NCBI GenBank assembly: GCA_937965695.1
Contig: CALCKW010000007.1
Coordinates: forward strand, 7,106-71,105
Source of the DNA: an uncultured Granulosicoccaceae bacterium
GTDB lineage: Bacteria > Pseudomonadota > Gammaproteobacteria > CALCKW01
DNA length: 64,000 bases
Reading direction: 5' to 3'
The notes beneath the pieces were generated by a model. It worked only from the letters and a program-made list of their open reading frames with translations, did not search any database and was not told the DNA's origin. A program made the translations under genes and the position numbers. Positions 1 through 9,205 of the stretch are shown here, piece by piece; within the stretch, counting starts at the first letter, position 1; the number at the start of each line of letters is the position of its first letter.

Positions 1-136
1 CGTTTAGTAGGCAGCACAGCTTCAATGCTGGAGACCGCTGACTCAAGCCTAGTTGTCACCAATTGTGAGTCGATTCACACAAGTCACTAGCAAGCACAGC
101 TGTGAGATACTCCAGCGCAGTAGTAGTGAGCCGTGT

Positions 137-553
137 CTAAGCGCCCAGCAGCGGTAAGTGCTTTCGCTGTTTGTAGGTCAAAGCCAAAGAAAGGCAGTGT
201 TTTAGAATTTCTGTGGGAATTTTCTGCCTGACAGAAAAAACGATTGCTCGGTTGCCATCAAAGTTCATCTCTTCTCCATACAGCTCTCTAAAGGTACTTA
301 TCAAGCTAGTTTGGCAATTGAACAAAACACAGTATTTTTCAGCAGAATCGGGCTTCCATCCAAGACGAATCGCGCTGCCTTTTGTCGCGATGAACGATGG
401 CTCCCCCCAACGAAGGCATTCTTGTAGTGTCGCCACTTGCATCTCATCGGCGACCTGCCTTATCAAGCCGCGAATCTCCAACAGGCGTTTAGAAACATCT
501 GGAGGAAAGTCAGCAAAAACATTTTCTACATTTTCATCGGTGACGCATTCCAT
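137..553 (-). CDS. DUF1801 (YdhG-like) domain protein
   Basis: 138-aa ORF. Sequence pattern resembles the DUF1801/YdhG family. No close named homologue recognised. Confidence 0.45.
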   Translation of the reverse strand: MECVTDENVENVFADFPPDVSKRLLEIRGLIRQVADEMQVATLQECLRWGEPSFIATKGSAIRLGWKPDSAEKYCVLFNCQTSLISTFRELYGEEMNFDGNRAIVFSVRQKIPTEILKHCLSLALTYKQRKHLPLLGA

Positions 554-589
554 CGCTCTACTCCAGAATCGATTAAAACATTGTGGATA

Positions 590-2251
590 TCATCCTGCCC
601 GCAATACCAAGACCAACCAGACAAAAACTCCTGCACCGCCTAACATCAGACTGATACTAGGCGTTGCTTCTCCTGCCAGCTGGGCAAACCCGGCTAAAAG
701 AGTAGCGGACAATACAGCCACTCCGGCACCCATAGCTAACAAACTACTGCGCTGTCCCTTGCCTTGTCGCGTGTTCTCCACGAGCTGCTGCAGTTGAGCG
801 CGTTGCACACCACCTACGTCTTGCTGTTGCTTTAACACCGTGTGAACAAGGCGCGGTAACTCTGGAAGTACTTCTCCCCAACCGGGCGCTTCATCGCGCA
901 ACCTTTTGCCCAATGCTCGGTGTCCCACTTGTTCAGACAACCATCGCTCAATCTGCGGCTTGGCTGTTTTCCAAAGATCCAGTTCGGGGTAAAGCACTCG
1001 GCCTAATCCTTCGATGTGCAGCATTGTTTTTTCAAGCAACACTAATTGCGGCTGTACCTGCATGTTGAATCTGCGGGCCGTCTGGAATAAACGTATAAGC
1101 ACTAAACCAAAAGAGATCTCCGCTAGGGGTTTTTCGAATATGGGCTCACAGACCGTACGAATAGCTGCCTCGAAATCTTCCACACGAGTATCTGCTGGCA
1201 CCCAACCTGTCTCAACATGCAACCGTGCCACCCTGGCGTAATCTCGGTGAAAAAAGGCGACGAGATTTTCTGCCAGATACCGCCGATCGCGCTCGGTCAG
1301 ACTGCCGACAATACCGAAGTCAACCGCGATATATTTAGGTTTATCCGGGTTGCTGACATCAATAAATATGTTGCCAGGGTGCATGTCAGCGTGGAAAAAA
1401 TTGTCTCTGAACACTTGAGTAAAAAAAACTTCAACTCCGCGCTCTGCCAAAGCCAACATATTTACATTCGCCGACTTAAGCGTAGCCATGTCCGAGACTT
1501 GTACGCCATAGATGCGCTCCATCACCAAGACATTCTGACGGGTATAATCCCAAAATATTTCTGGAACGTATAGATTTTCAGAGTCGACGAAATTGCGTCG
1601 TAGCTGCGCTGCATTTGCACCTTCTCGAACGAGATCCAACTCGTCGAAAATAGTTTTCTCAAACTCAGCCACGACCTCTACAGGTCGTAAACGTCGACCA
1701 TCAGGCCAATACTTTTCCGCCAGACGTGCAACGTGGTACATCAACCCTATGTCACGGCGGATTATTTTTTCCATGTCCGGCCGCAGCACTTTGACCACAA
1801 CTTCGCGCCCATCTTTTAGTGTCGCGGCATGGACCTGCGCTATCGACGCGGACGCCAATGGCTCACTCTCAAAACTGCCAAACGCCTCATCAACCGTCTG
1901 GCCCAGCGCATCTTCTATCAGAGTACGAGCTTGGGCGCTGTCAAAGGGAGTGACTTGATCTTGAAGCTTTGCCAGCTCATCAGCTATGTCGTCGGGTAAC
2001 AGGTCACGTCGTGTAGACAGCGTTTGCCCGAGTTTGACGAAGATAGGCCCTAAATCCTCCAGCGCACGGTGCACCCTAACAGCGCGAGGCAGAGCGCGCG
2101 TCTCGCGACTTAGAATACGATCGGGGGCAAACTTAAAGACCAAGCGAAGCGGCCATGCCGCCGGCGCTCGGAATAGCACATCGTCCAAGGCGTAACGAGC
2201 GAGTACGCGCTGGATTGACGCAAAGCGAATTGTCTCACCGACGATACTCAT
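590..2251 (-). CDS. ubiB: Ubiquinone biosynthesis protein kinase UbiB (ABC1/ADCK family)
   Basis: 553 aa with ABC1 kinase-like motifs and C-terminal TM helices. Last gene of a ubiE-ubiJ-ubiB arrangement with 4-nt overlaps. Confidence 0.9.
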   Translation of the reverse strand: MSIVGETIRFASIQRVLARYALDDVLFRAPAAWPLRLVFKFAPDRILSRETRALPRAVRVHRALEDLGPIFVKLGQTLSTRRDLLPDDIADELAKLQDQVTPFDSAQARTLIEDALGQTVDEAFGSFESEPLASASIAQVHAATLKDGREVVVKVLRPDMEKIIRRDIGLMYHVARLAEKYWPDGRRLRPVEVVAEFEKTIFDELDLVREGANAAQLRRNFVDSENLYVPEIFWDYTRQNVLVMERIYGVQVSDMATLKSANVNMLALAERGVEVFFTQVFRDNFFHADMHPGNIFIDVSNPDKPKYIAVDFGIVGSLTERDRRYLAENLVAFFHRDYARVARLHVETGWVPADTRVEDFEAAIRTVCEPIFEKPLAEISFGLVLIRLFQTARRFNMQVQPQLVLLEKTMLHIEGLGRVLYPELDLWKTAKPQIERWLSEQVGHRALGKRLRDEAPGWGEVLPELPRLVHTVLKQQQDVGGVQRAQLQQLVENTRQGKGQRSSLLAMGAGVAVLSATLLAGFAQLAGEATPSISLMLGGAGVFVWLVLVLRAG

Positions 2252-2844
2252 GACTCTGCTCGCTGCATGCGCACGGTTAAACGGTCTACGCGTTCTCGCA
2301 GTTGGTCAGCTTCCTGCTCCAATTCTCGCCACTCACTTTGGGTGACTAGAACTCGCGCCTCTTCTTGTAAGTACTCTCCTACATCTTCCGCACCCCGTTC
2401 GCGCGTCTGCGATATCCAAGCGCTTAGGCCCCTAGATGCGGTGCCGACTTTATGTGCCAGAGCGTCACCCATAAAGGGCGACAGTTGCTCTTCCCAATCA
2501 CTGGTAAGCACCACTAGCAGCTGTTGTACAAGCCGCGCTAGTTCCATATCGCCCTCTGCCTGCACGCGTCCGTCCAGCAGGGCGTCGTGAGCGGAATCAG
2601 CCAAAGCCATTAAAGCCGGGACATCGGCGCTAAGCTCTAGCTCAGGCTCGGCGTCAAAGTCACTTAGCAATTCAATGCCATTACACAAAATCGCAACGCG
2701 GATCGAGACACTGGGGTTTCGAAGCTCCAGTGCAACCACACCGCCATCACTGGCCGCCAAGAGCTGGAGTGCCTCAGCGTTTTTGCGGATAACTCCGTTG
2801 ATCGCGGCGTTAGCTACCACTGTGACTGGGAAGGGCAGTTGCAT
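2248..2844 (-). CDS. ubiJ: Ubiquinone biosynthesis accessory protein UbiJ (SCP2 domain plus C-terminal coiled coil)
   Basis: 198 aa, position between ubiE and ubiB, and same architecture as E. coli YigP/UbiJ. Start overlaps the ubiE stop. Confidence 0.7.
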   Translation of the reverse strand: MQLPFPVTVVANAAINGVIRKNAEALQLLAASDGGVVALELRNPSVSIRVAILCNGIELLSDFDAEPELELSADVPALMALADSAHDALLDGRVQAEGDMELARLVQQLLVVLTSDWEEQLSPFMGDALAHKVGTASRGLSAWISQTRERGAEDVGEYLQEEARVLVTQSEWRELEQEADQLRERVDRLTVRMQRAES

Positions 2845-3602
2845 CAGAGTTTAAAACCCTTATGCAGAGCAACGACACCCGCCGTTAGGTTGTGAAAAAC
2901 CACGCGCTCGAAGGCGACATCTCGCATCATTTTTGCGAGCGTTTCTTGGTCAGGATGTTTGCGAATAGACTCCGCGAGATAGCGGTAGCTCTCTGCATCA
3001 CCAGCGATAAACTTGCCCATCTCTGGCAGTATTTTAAAAGAGTACTGATCATAGATCGTTGCAAATCCTTTGACCGTCGGCTTGGAAAATTCCAACACCA
3101 ACAGACGGCCGCCAGGTTTTAGCACCCGGTACATACTGGCCAAAGCCTTGGATTTGTCGGTGACGTTGCGAAGACCAAATGCGATAGTGATGCAATCAAA
3201 AGTGTTGTCTGCAAATGGCAGTGCTTCAGCATTAACCTGCGCATACTGCAGGTTGCCTAAGATACCTTGATCGATAAGCTTGTCTCGCCCCACTCGCAGC
3301 ATTGAATCGTTAATATCGGCCAGAACGACTTGGCCCGTTGGCCCCACTCGACCTGAAAATTTTGCCGCTAGATCACCCGTGCCACCGGCAAGATCCAATA
3401 CCTTTTGACCTTTGCGTACACCGCTGTGCTGCAGCGTAAATGCTTTCCAAAGGCGATGCACACCAAAAGACATGACATCGTTCATCAAATCATACTTTCC
3501 GGCCACCGAGTGAAAGACATCGGCCACCATACCCGCCTTTTCGTCCGCTTTGACTTCCTGATAACCGAAGTGTGTTGTGTCTTGATTCTCGTTGACTGTC
3601 AT
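2844..3602 (-). CDS. ubiE: Ubiquinone/menaquinone C-methyltransferase UbiE
   Basis: N-terminus [17 protein letters not shown]...[25 protein letters not shown] is classic UbiE, with an SAM-binding motif [10 protein letters not shown]. The ORF track extends to 3656, but the conserved start is the ATG at 3602. Confidence 0.9.
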   Translation of the reverse strand: MTVNENQDTTHFGYQEVKADEKAGMVADVFHSVAGKYDLMNDVMSFGVHRLWKAFTLQHSGVRKGQKVLDLAGGTGDLAAKFSGRVGPTGQVVLADINDSMLRVGRDKLIDQGILGNLQYAQVNAEALPFADNTFDCITIAFGLRNVTDKSKALASMYRVLKPGGRLLVLEFSKPTVKGFATIYDQYSFKILPEMGKFIAGDAESYRYLAESIRKHPDQETLAKMMRDVAFERVVFHNLTAGVVALHKGFKL

Positions 3603-3997
3603 CCGCTCACCCGCTGGTGTCCGGCCTCGGCCAGACGGCCAAGGTAGTCGGCCCAATTGGCCTCTTGTTTCTGGCCCAGCTCGTAGAGATAGTCCCAGCC
3701 ATAAATACCTGAATCGTGTCCGTCGTCAAAAACCAGCTTCACGCCGTAATTGCCGACGGGCTCCACAGCAGTGATGTTGACTTGTTCTTTGCCAACTTGC
3801 AGCACCTCTTGGCCGACACCATGACCTCGCACCTCTGCAGAGGGAGAATACACTCGTAAGTATTCGCAACTCAGCGTACAACTGGTGTCGTCGTCAAAGC
3901 CCAGTACAAGTTGGCGGCTGCTCTGTTGCAGTCGAATTTCGGTAGGTCGAGGCATGCGGGGCAACTCAGCTGTTAAAACGCCCATTCTACCAGCCAA
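3599..3997 (-). CDS. DUF971 (gamma-butyrobetaine hydroxylase-like N-terminal domain) protein
   Basis: 132 aa. The C-x-C...[15 protein letters not shown] pattern is typical of DUF971. Overlaps the ubiE start (ATGA), so probably co-transcribed with the ubi operon. Confidence 0.5.
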   Translation of the reverse strand: MAGRMGVLTAELPRMPRPTEIRLQQSSRQLVLGFDDDTSCTLSCEYLRVYSPSAEVRGHGVGQEVLQVGKEQVNITAVEPVGNYGVKLVFDDGHDSGIYGWDYLYELGQKQEANWADYLGRLAEAGHQRVSG

Positions 3998-4217
3998 GCG
4001 GGCAACGAGATACGCGCGATCGATCCTCCTGTTGATTGACGGGCCTCAGGAGCAAAGGTTCGCTTTTAGTTGACGGTGCAAATAAGTTAGCCCAGGAAAA
4101 ACCCTGTCTTTCAAGGGCGAGTGTCGTGCACCCGGGACAAGTCAAAGATCACGACAATAATCAGCTGGCAATGCATAGAAGGGAGACTGCCACAGGCGTG
4201 TGGCAGTCGAAGTGACC

Positions 4218-4673
4218 TCAACTAATTGAAGTGCGCCAGCGGCCATCTTTAAAGCCTTCGAGGACAGACTTCGCTCTACCTTCGTCTAAATTTTGGAAAC
4301 AGCTGCCTGACTTGAAAAAATTGTTTAGCCCTGAAATTTGATCCAAATCTTCGGTCTTAACTTCCGAATAGCCCATTGTCCACTCAGCGAAATCCCGAGA
4401 TTCAATCTCTTCATAGATGATTCTCACAACCCCATTATGGCGGCCATCGAGCTTGAGCTTTTCGAGCAGCGGGTTAACGATGTCGGGGTGACCTTCTAGC
4501 ACTTGAAAAAACGAGCCAGAGTCATACAGCAACATACCAGTCACACCTAACTTTTGGTTATTCTTTCTCGCGACTTCTAACAGCTTAAAGATGTCCTCCT
4601 TAGAGAACTCCACTGTGCTAACACTAGAATAAATGCAGTGGACAAGCGGTTCATTGGCTTCGACATCGTCCAT
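4218..4673 (-). CDS. Short BLUF-domain blue-light photoreceptor
   Basis: 151 aa. IYSSVST...(K)..GVTGMLLYDSGSFFQVLEG matches the BLUF core (conserved Tyr, Gln and flavin-binding strands). No output domain is attached (PixD/BlrB-like). A hairpin follows the stop. Confidence 0.75.
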   Translation of the reverse strand: MDDVEANEPLVHCIYSSVSTVEFSKEDIFKLLEVARKNNQKLGVTGMLLYDSGSFFQVLEGHPDIVNPLLEKLKLDGRHNGVVRIIYEEIESRDFAEWTMGYSEVKTEDLDQISGLNNFFKSGSCFQNLDEGRAKSVLEGFKDGRWRTSIS

Positions 4674-5164
4674 ACTTTTCTCCTACAGAGTTTTGTTGAT
4701 ATTTGGTGTACATCAACCTCTGTGGACTTATGGATCTTGCGGTTGAACGGGTAAGCAGTTAAATAAACCGGCTGCCGCACTGCGCAGAGTTAATGTATGT
4801 ACACAGGCTAACGGCGAATGAAGAACAACCTAGAGCCGCAGAATTGCTAATCCTGTCCAAAATTAGGAAACGTGTAGCCTTGTGTTAAACAACACGACAT
4901 TCATCCTGAGACAGCCGCCAAAAACTTATTCACTGCATCCGCATGGTGTTTTTAAACCGAGATAGTTAGAGACTCGACGGAAATTGCAAAGTTTGTTCAT
5001 TCTGCAGTTCCGCAGTTGTCATTAATCGTGACAAACCGTAGCCTGACGATAAAATCGACTTAAAAATCTGCACTCAACTTTTTGTGCGGTCTGAACACAG
5101 AGCGATCAACGTCGCAAAACCGACAATATAGCGACATATCAGGGGGTATACTCCAAGGTCAGGT

Positions 5165-5325
5165 GCTGTGTACATCACAGATAATTGGGAAGTCGGTGTA
5201 AATCCGACGCTGCCCCCGCAACGGTAAACAGAGAAAGACTCTCATGCCACTGAGCTCAACGCTTGGGAAGGCGAGTCAACAGGTCATCGACCTCTCTCAA
5301 GCCCGGAAACCAGCCTGAACACTCA
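5165..5325 (+). ncRNA. Cobalamin (B12) riboswitch
   Basis: AATTGGGAAGTCGGTGTAAATCCGACGCTGCCCCCGCAACGGTAA ... GCCACTG ... GGGAAGGC ... AGCCCGGAAACCAGCC. These match the conserved core, the GCCACTG element and the B12 box of RF00174-type riboswitches on the + strand. Confidence 0.7.
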
Positions 5326-5436
5326 TCCGAAAAATCGCGGCGGGCGATGGATACGGGCTGTTGCTCTTGGCGACTCCTCATCACTACCCCTGCGACTTCT
5401 CGGTCTTTTGCGTATCAACAGTACGGGGTAAGCACC

Positions 5437-5709
5437 ATGTCTACGCACAAAACCATTCGCAGTAAACGTCGTCGCGCTGTTCAACTCGCTGGCTTAGACG
5501 AGCAACCTAAACCAAACTACGCACGTCCCTCAGCACACGATGCAATCTTTGCATGGCTCTTGTGGCTTCCCAGCGAAGCTGACCCGCGAAAAGAAGCGCT
5601 GCTGGAGCTGGATCGCTTAGCCGCACGCGGCGAATTGCCAGAGCAAGCGAAAGAGCTGCAAAATTTTCTGATAGAAATAGCGTCTAGCGAAGCCCCACCC
5701 ATCCGCTAG
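5437..5709 (+). CDS. Small hypothetical protein (~90 aa) downstream of the B12 riboswitch
   Basis: Only + strand ORF downstream of the riboswitch. An ATG at 5437 gives MSTHKTIRSKRRRAVQ... The track ORF 5263..5709 would begin inside the riboswitch. No family recognised. Confidence 0.35.
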   Translation: MSTHKTIRSKRRRAVQLAGLDEQPKPNYARPSAHDAIFAWLLWLPSEADPRKEALLELDRLAARGELPEQAKELQNFLIEIASSEAPPIR

Positions 5710-5722
5710 ACCGCAATACACG

Positions 5723-5891
5723 CTAGGGAGCCTCATAATAAAGTCCGGTCAGTGACCTCAGCGTAAAAAACCTGGTCCCAGCAAGGCGCGAATCTAAAGC
5801 AAGTGTGATGCTATTGGCTAGATTTGCAACGCGGCTCGGCCGAATTTAGTACGTCGATGGTACGAGCATGGCTTGATCTGAGGGTCCTTAG
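5723..5891. mobile_element. MITE-like intergenic repeat, copy A (169 bp) with 9-bp imperfect TIRs
   Basis: Starts CTAGGGAGC and ends GGTCCTTAG. Its core GGTCAGTGAC..GTAAAAAAYYTGGWCCCAGCAAGGCGC...CATGRCTTGATCTGAGG is shared with copy B at 16912-17005. Copy A carries a ~70-bp internal insertion. Confidence 0.5.
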
Positions 5892-5905
5892 TTAAAGCCT
5901 GCCGC

Positions 5906-6895
5906 TTATCTGGCCGCAGGCATTTTACGAACATGGTGGAAAACGCCAAAAATGACATCCGCCATTTTACCGTAGTCCAGCCTGTCCGCCGTGTCGCTCA
6001 ATGTGTGATAAGCAAAGTTTCGATAGAAAGCCGTGTCTGTCACCATTACTGCTGATTTGCCGTGCGCCCAGAAATTTCGATGGTCCGAGAAATCGATACC
6101 AGGAACGGATCTTGGCGCATTTATCGAATAGACAGGCAGGCTTATTACTTCACTCATGCTCTTTTTTAAGCGTTGTGCCTGCATGGAAAAAATTTGATCG
6201 ACAATAGCAATGTAGTTCCCTGTTAAGGGATAGAGCAGCTTTAACAAGGGCATGGGGTAGGTCTGGCTTCCAGGCTCGTCAGAAAAATAACCAATCATCT
6301 CAAGCGAGATCATCAATTCTACATTTTTAGACTGCTCTGCCAAATATTTTGCAAACACGGCACTGCCCATATTTTCGCTGGCAAAGTACGGTGGCTCTTC
6401 AAGGCTAAAAGCCACCAACATGACGTGGACATTCAGTTTTTGGTTGGCAAGTAAACGCCCCAATTGCAATAGACCTACCACACCACTGGCGTTATCGTCA
6501 GCCGCCGGAAGAGGCCCGGCACTGTCATAGTGAGCACCAATAACAACCAACGGCGCGCCGACGGGTCCATATTCCGCTACAACATTTTTGTATTCCAATC
6601 CGTCAACACTGAAGTTTTGCTGCCAAACGGTACCGCCATGGTCACTAAAATAGTCCGCGACAAATTTAGCGAGCCGATTTAGATTCTCAGGGAAGTGGTG
6701 ACTTCTAGGGAAATAATCTTCTGACAGATGCCGAACCTGCTGTTCTAGTTCAACCACGTCAATGTGTTTGCTCGCATGGCCAAGCGCTACATGTGCCGGA
6801 CTAAATACTGGCCGAGCAACGACGTGCCAAAGCAATACAAGCGCGACTAGCACGATCACTGTAAAACGAAACATCCATTTTCTAATTATTTTCAC
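5906..6895 (-). CDS. M28-family zinc peptidase (aminopeptidase-like) with N-terminal signal/anchor
   Basis: 329 aa with an N-terminal hydrophobic segment. The HYDS...DDNASG...EE region is typical of the M28 metal-binding core. Confidence 0.7.
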   Translation of the reverse strand: MKIIRKWMFRFTVIVLVALVLLWHVVARPVFSPAHVALGHASKHIDVVELEQQVRHLSEDYFPRSHHFPENLNRLAKFVADYFSDHGGTVWQQNFSVDGLEYKNVVAEYGPVGAPLVVIGAHYDSAGPLPAADDNASGVVGLLQLGRLLANQKLNVHVMLVAFSLEEPPYFASENMGSAVFAKYLAEQSKNVELMISLEMIGYFSDEPGSQTYPMPLLKLLYPLTGNYIAIVDQIFSMQAQRLKKSMSEVISLPVYSINAPRSVPGIDFSDHRNFWAHGKSAVMVTDTAFYRNFAYHTLSDTADRLDYGKMADVIFGVFHHVRKMPAAR

Positions 6896-6986
6896 TTGAG
6901 CCTAGTCAAAGGAATACCACTTTATTTTACTCAAATAAATATCCTGCTACATGACATGTTCTATCAGATACAACCTATTTGAGGCA

Positions 6987-7020
6987 TAAAAAAACCCGCA
7001 CGGTTATTCACCCAGCGGGC
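6987..7020 (-). terminator. Rho-independent terminator downstream of hslU
   Basis: On the minus strand the hairpin CCCGCTGG-loop-CGTGCGGG is followed by TTTTTTT, immediately after the hslU stop. Confidence 0.6.
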
Positions 7021-7044
7021 CTTAAGTGCAAAGTCTAAGTTAGA

Positions 7045-8367
7045 CTATAAAATGTAACGGCTCAGGTCCTCATCTTGTGCCAACTCGCCCAAGTTCTTGT
7101 CCACATAGTCGGCATCAATCACCACATCCTCGCCACTGCGGTCGGAGGCCGTAAAAGAAACTTCATCGAGCAACCTCTCCAGCAAAGTATGCAACCGACG
7201 GGCACCAATGTTGTCGGTAGATTCATTGACCTGCCATGCTATTTCGGCAACACGGCGAATAGCCGCATCGGCAAAACTGATTTTTACGCCTTCTGTCTGT
7301 AGGAGCGCTTCGTATTGCTGCTTTAAGGATGCATCGGGCTCATGCAATATACGCTCAAAATCGTCAACACTGAGAGCCTTCAGCTCTACCCTAATCGGCA
7401 ATCGACCCTGCAATTCGGGAATTAAATCCGAGGGTTTACACACGTGAAATGCACCAGAGGCGATAAACAGAATGTGGTCCGTATTAACCGTGCCAAATTT
7501 GGTTGTGACCGTACTACCCTCCACCAATGGCAGTAAGTCACGTTGCACACCCTCACGTGATACGTCTCCTCCACTGCCACCACCTGCGTCTGAGCGTCTG
7601 GCCACTTTGTCTATCTCATCAAGAAACACAATGCCGTTTTGCTCGACGTTTTCCACCGCCTTGCGCTTGATCTCATCTTCATCCACCAAGGAGCGGGCTT
7701 CTTCGTCAGCCAGCTGCTCCATCGCGTCGGCAATTCGCAACTTGCGCTTTTGCTTGTTGGCCTGACCCATATTGGAGAACATGCCCTGCAGCTGTTCAGC
7801 CATTTGTTCCATACCGGGCGGTGTCATAATTTCTACACCGGCGGGCTGAGCACTGACTTCTATTTCAATCTCTTTGTCATCTAAGTCCCCTTCGCGCAGT
7901 TTCTTGCGAAACTTCTGCCGGGTATCGGTATTGGGGGCTTCTTCGCCACGCGGGGGTGGCAATAAAATATCCAAAACTCGATCTTCTGCCGCATCAACCG
8001 CACGCGTGCGCACTCGGACTTTCTCCGACTCGCGTGACTCTTTGATAGCGACATCCACCAAGTCACGAATAATCGACTCGACATCCCGGCCCACATAACC
8101 AACTTCGGTAAATTTGGTCGCCTCTATTTTGATAAATGGAGCCTGCGCTAACTTGGCTAGGCGTCTGGCGATTTCGGTTTTACCCACACCCGTTGGACCG
8201 ATCATCAATATGTTTTTGGGGGTGATTTCACTGCGCAACGGTTCGTCTATTTGCTGACGGCGCCATCGATTGCGCAATGCAATAGCCACAGAGCGCTTGG
8301 CATCGTGTTGGCCAACAATGTGTTTATCCAGTTCTTGGACAATTTCACGTGGGGTCATGTGCGACAT
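7045..8367 (-). CDS. hslU: ATP-dependent protease ATPase subunit HslU
   Basis: 440 aa. [37 protein letters not shown] and Walker [16 protein letters not shown] are near-identical to the HslU consensus. Confidence 0.95.
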   Translation of the reverse strand: MSHMTPREIVQELDKHIVGQHDAKRSVAIALRNRWRRQQIDEPLRSEITPKNILMIGPTGVGKTEIARRLAKLAQAPFIKIEATKFTEVGYVGRDVESIIRDLVDVAIKESRESEKVRVRTRAVDAAEDRVLDILLPPPRGEEAPNTDTRQKFRKKLREGDLDDKEIEIEVSAQPAGVEIMTPPGMEQMAEQLQGMFSNMGQANKQKRKLRIADAMEQLADEEARSLVDEDEIKRKAVENVEQNGIVFLDEIDKVARRSDAGGGSGGDVSREGVQRDLLPLVEGSTVTTKFGTVNTDHILFIASGAFHVCKPSDLIPELQGRLPIRVELKALSVDDFERILHEPDASLKQQYEALLQTEGVKISFADAAIRRVAEIAWQVNESTDNIGARRLHTLLERLLDEVSFTASDRSGEDVVIDADYVDKNLGELAQDEDLSRYIL

Positions 8368-8386
8368 GCTTTGAGTGCTCCAGCCT

Positions 8387-8944
8387 TCAGTAATCGAGAG
8401 TTTCGATGTTGAGATTTTTATTGGTGTAAATGCAGATATCCGCTGCGATATTCAAACTTGCCTCAGCGATCTCTTGAGCACTCATCTCCGTGTGATCAAA
8501 CAGACCGCGAGCAGCAGCTTGCGCAAACGGACCGCCAGAACCAATGGCTATCAATCCATGCTCTGGCTCTATCACATCTCCATTGCCTGAAATAATCAGC
8601 GATGCGGTATGATCGGCAACGGCCAAAAGCGCTTCTAACTTGCGTAGCACTCGGTCGGTACGCCAGTCCTTTGCCATCTCGACCGCGGCACGAGTGAGTT
8701 GACCTCCGTGCGCCTCCAGTTTCGCTTCAAATCGTTCAAACAGCGTGAATGCGTCGGCAGTGCCGCCTGCAAAACCGGCCAAAACTTTGCCTTTATACAG
8801 ACGCCTGACCTTACAGGCGTTACCTTTCATGACGGTATTCCCCAAGGTCACCTGACCGTCGGCGCCGATAACCACTTGATTACCGCGGCGAACGCCGACA
8901 ACCGTGGTTCCTCTAAATTGTTCCACGCGTGTTTCTCCGTGCAT
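8387..8944 (-). CDS. hslV: ATP-dependent protease subunit HslV
   Basis: [31 protein letters not shown]...[14 protein letters not shown] matches HslV. The catalytic Thr-Thr is preceded by an in-frame 12-codon extension (alternatively a GTG 6 codons upstream), so the start is uncertain. Confidence 0.9.
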   Translation of the reverse strand: MHGETRVEQFRGTTVVGVRRGNQVVIGADGQVTLGNTVMKGNACKVRRLYKGKVLAGFAGGTADAFTLFERFEAKLEAHGGQLTRAAVEMAKDWRTDRVLRKLEALLAVADHTASLIISGNGDVIEPEHGLIAIGSGGPFAQAAARGLFDHTEMSAQEIAEASLNIAADICIYTNKNLNIETLDY

Positions 8945-9205
8945 TGTTCACATTTTGACTCTGCCACTCGATGTACCATATGGCTGCAGAGACTTGAGAT
9001 CTACTTGACTAAATATGCCCTAAACCACGATTGTAGCCGGACAGTTAAAAATTAGTTGAATTCGCCTTGGCCCAATCACCAGAAAACAGTAAATCGTATC
9101 TATGACCTTGATTAATAACAGCTTATGGCGATTTGGTACGCCGCATGGCTTGCGACAGAGGCTAACAATGCCCTGTGTGCAGTCAGCTGTAGAAGGTAAC
9201 TGGGT

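Noticed and set aside
213-2195. Several + strand ORFs (213..797, 437..643, 1014..1241, 1217..1573, 1593..1958, 1986..2195) antisense to ubiB / the DUF1801 gene
   Set aside because: They lie entirely inside, and antisense to, strongly supported genes. They have Ser/Arg/Ala-rich low-complexity translations typical of the wrong frame in GC-biased DNA and no RBS support.
5263-5436. 5' part of track ORF 5263..5709
   Set aside because: It would start inside the cobalamin riboswitch aptamer. The internal ATG at 5437 after the expression platform is preferred, and even that gene is low confidence.
5897-5927. Hairpin GCCTGCCGC...GCCGCAGGC as a bidirectional terminator
   Set aside because: The stem is imperfect, it overlaps the M28 peptidase stop codon, and it lacks a clear U-tract on either strand. 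Not called.
7075-8102. Antisense/overlapping ORFs within hslU (7075..7302, 7208..7447, 7472..7765, 7639..7884, 7874..8098, 7881..8102)
   Set aside because: Embedded in the highly conserved hslU coding region, so they are spurious.
8945-9205. sigma32 promoter upstream of hslV
   Set aside because: It is expected biologically, but no acceptable CTTGAAA-N13-15-CCCCATNT match was found on the minus strand. Best candidates have wrong spacing.
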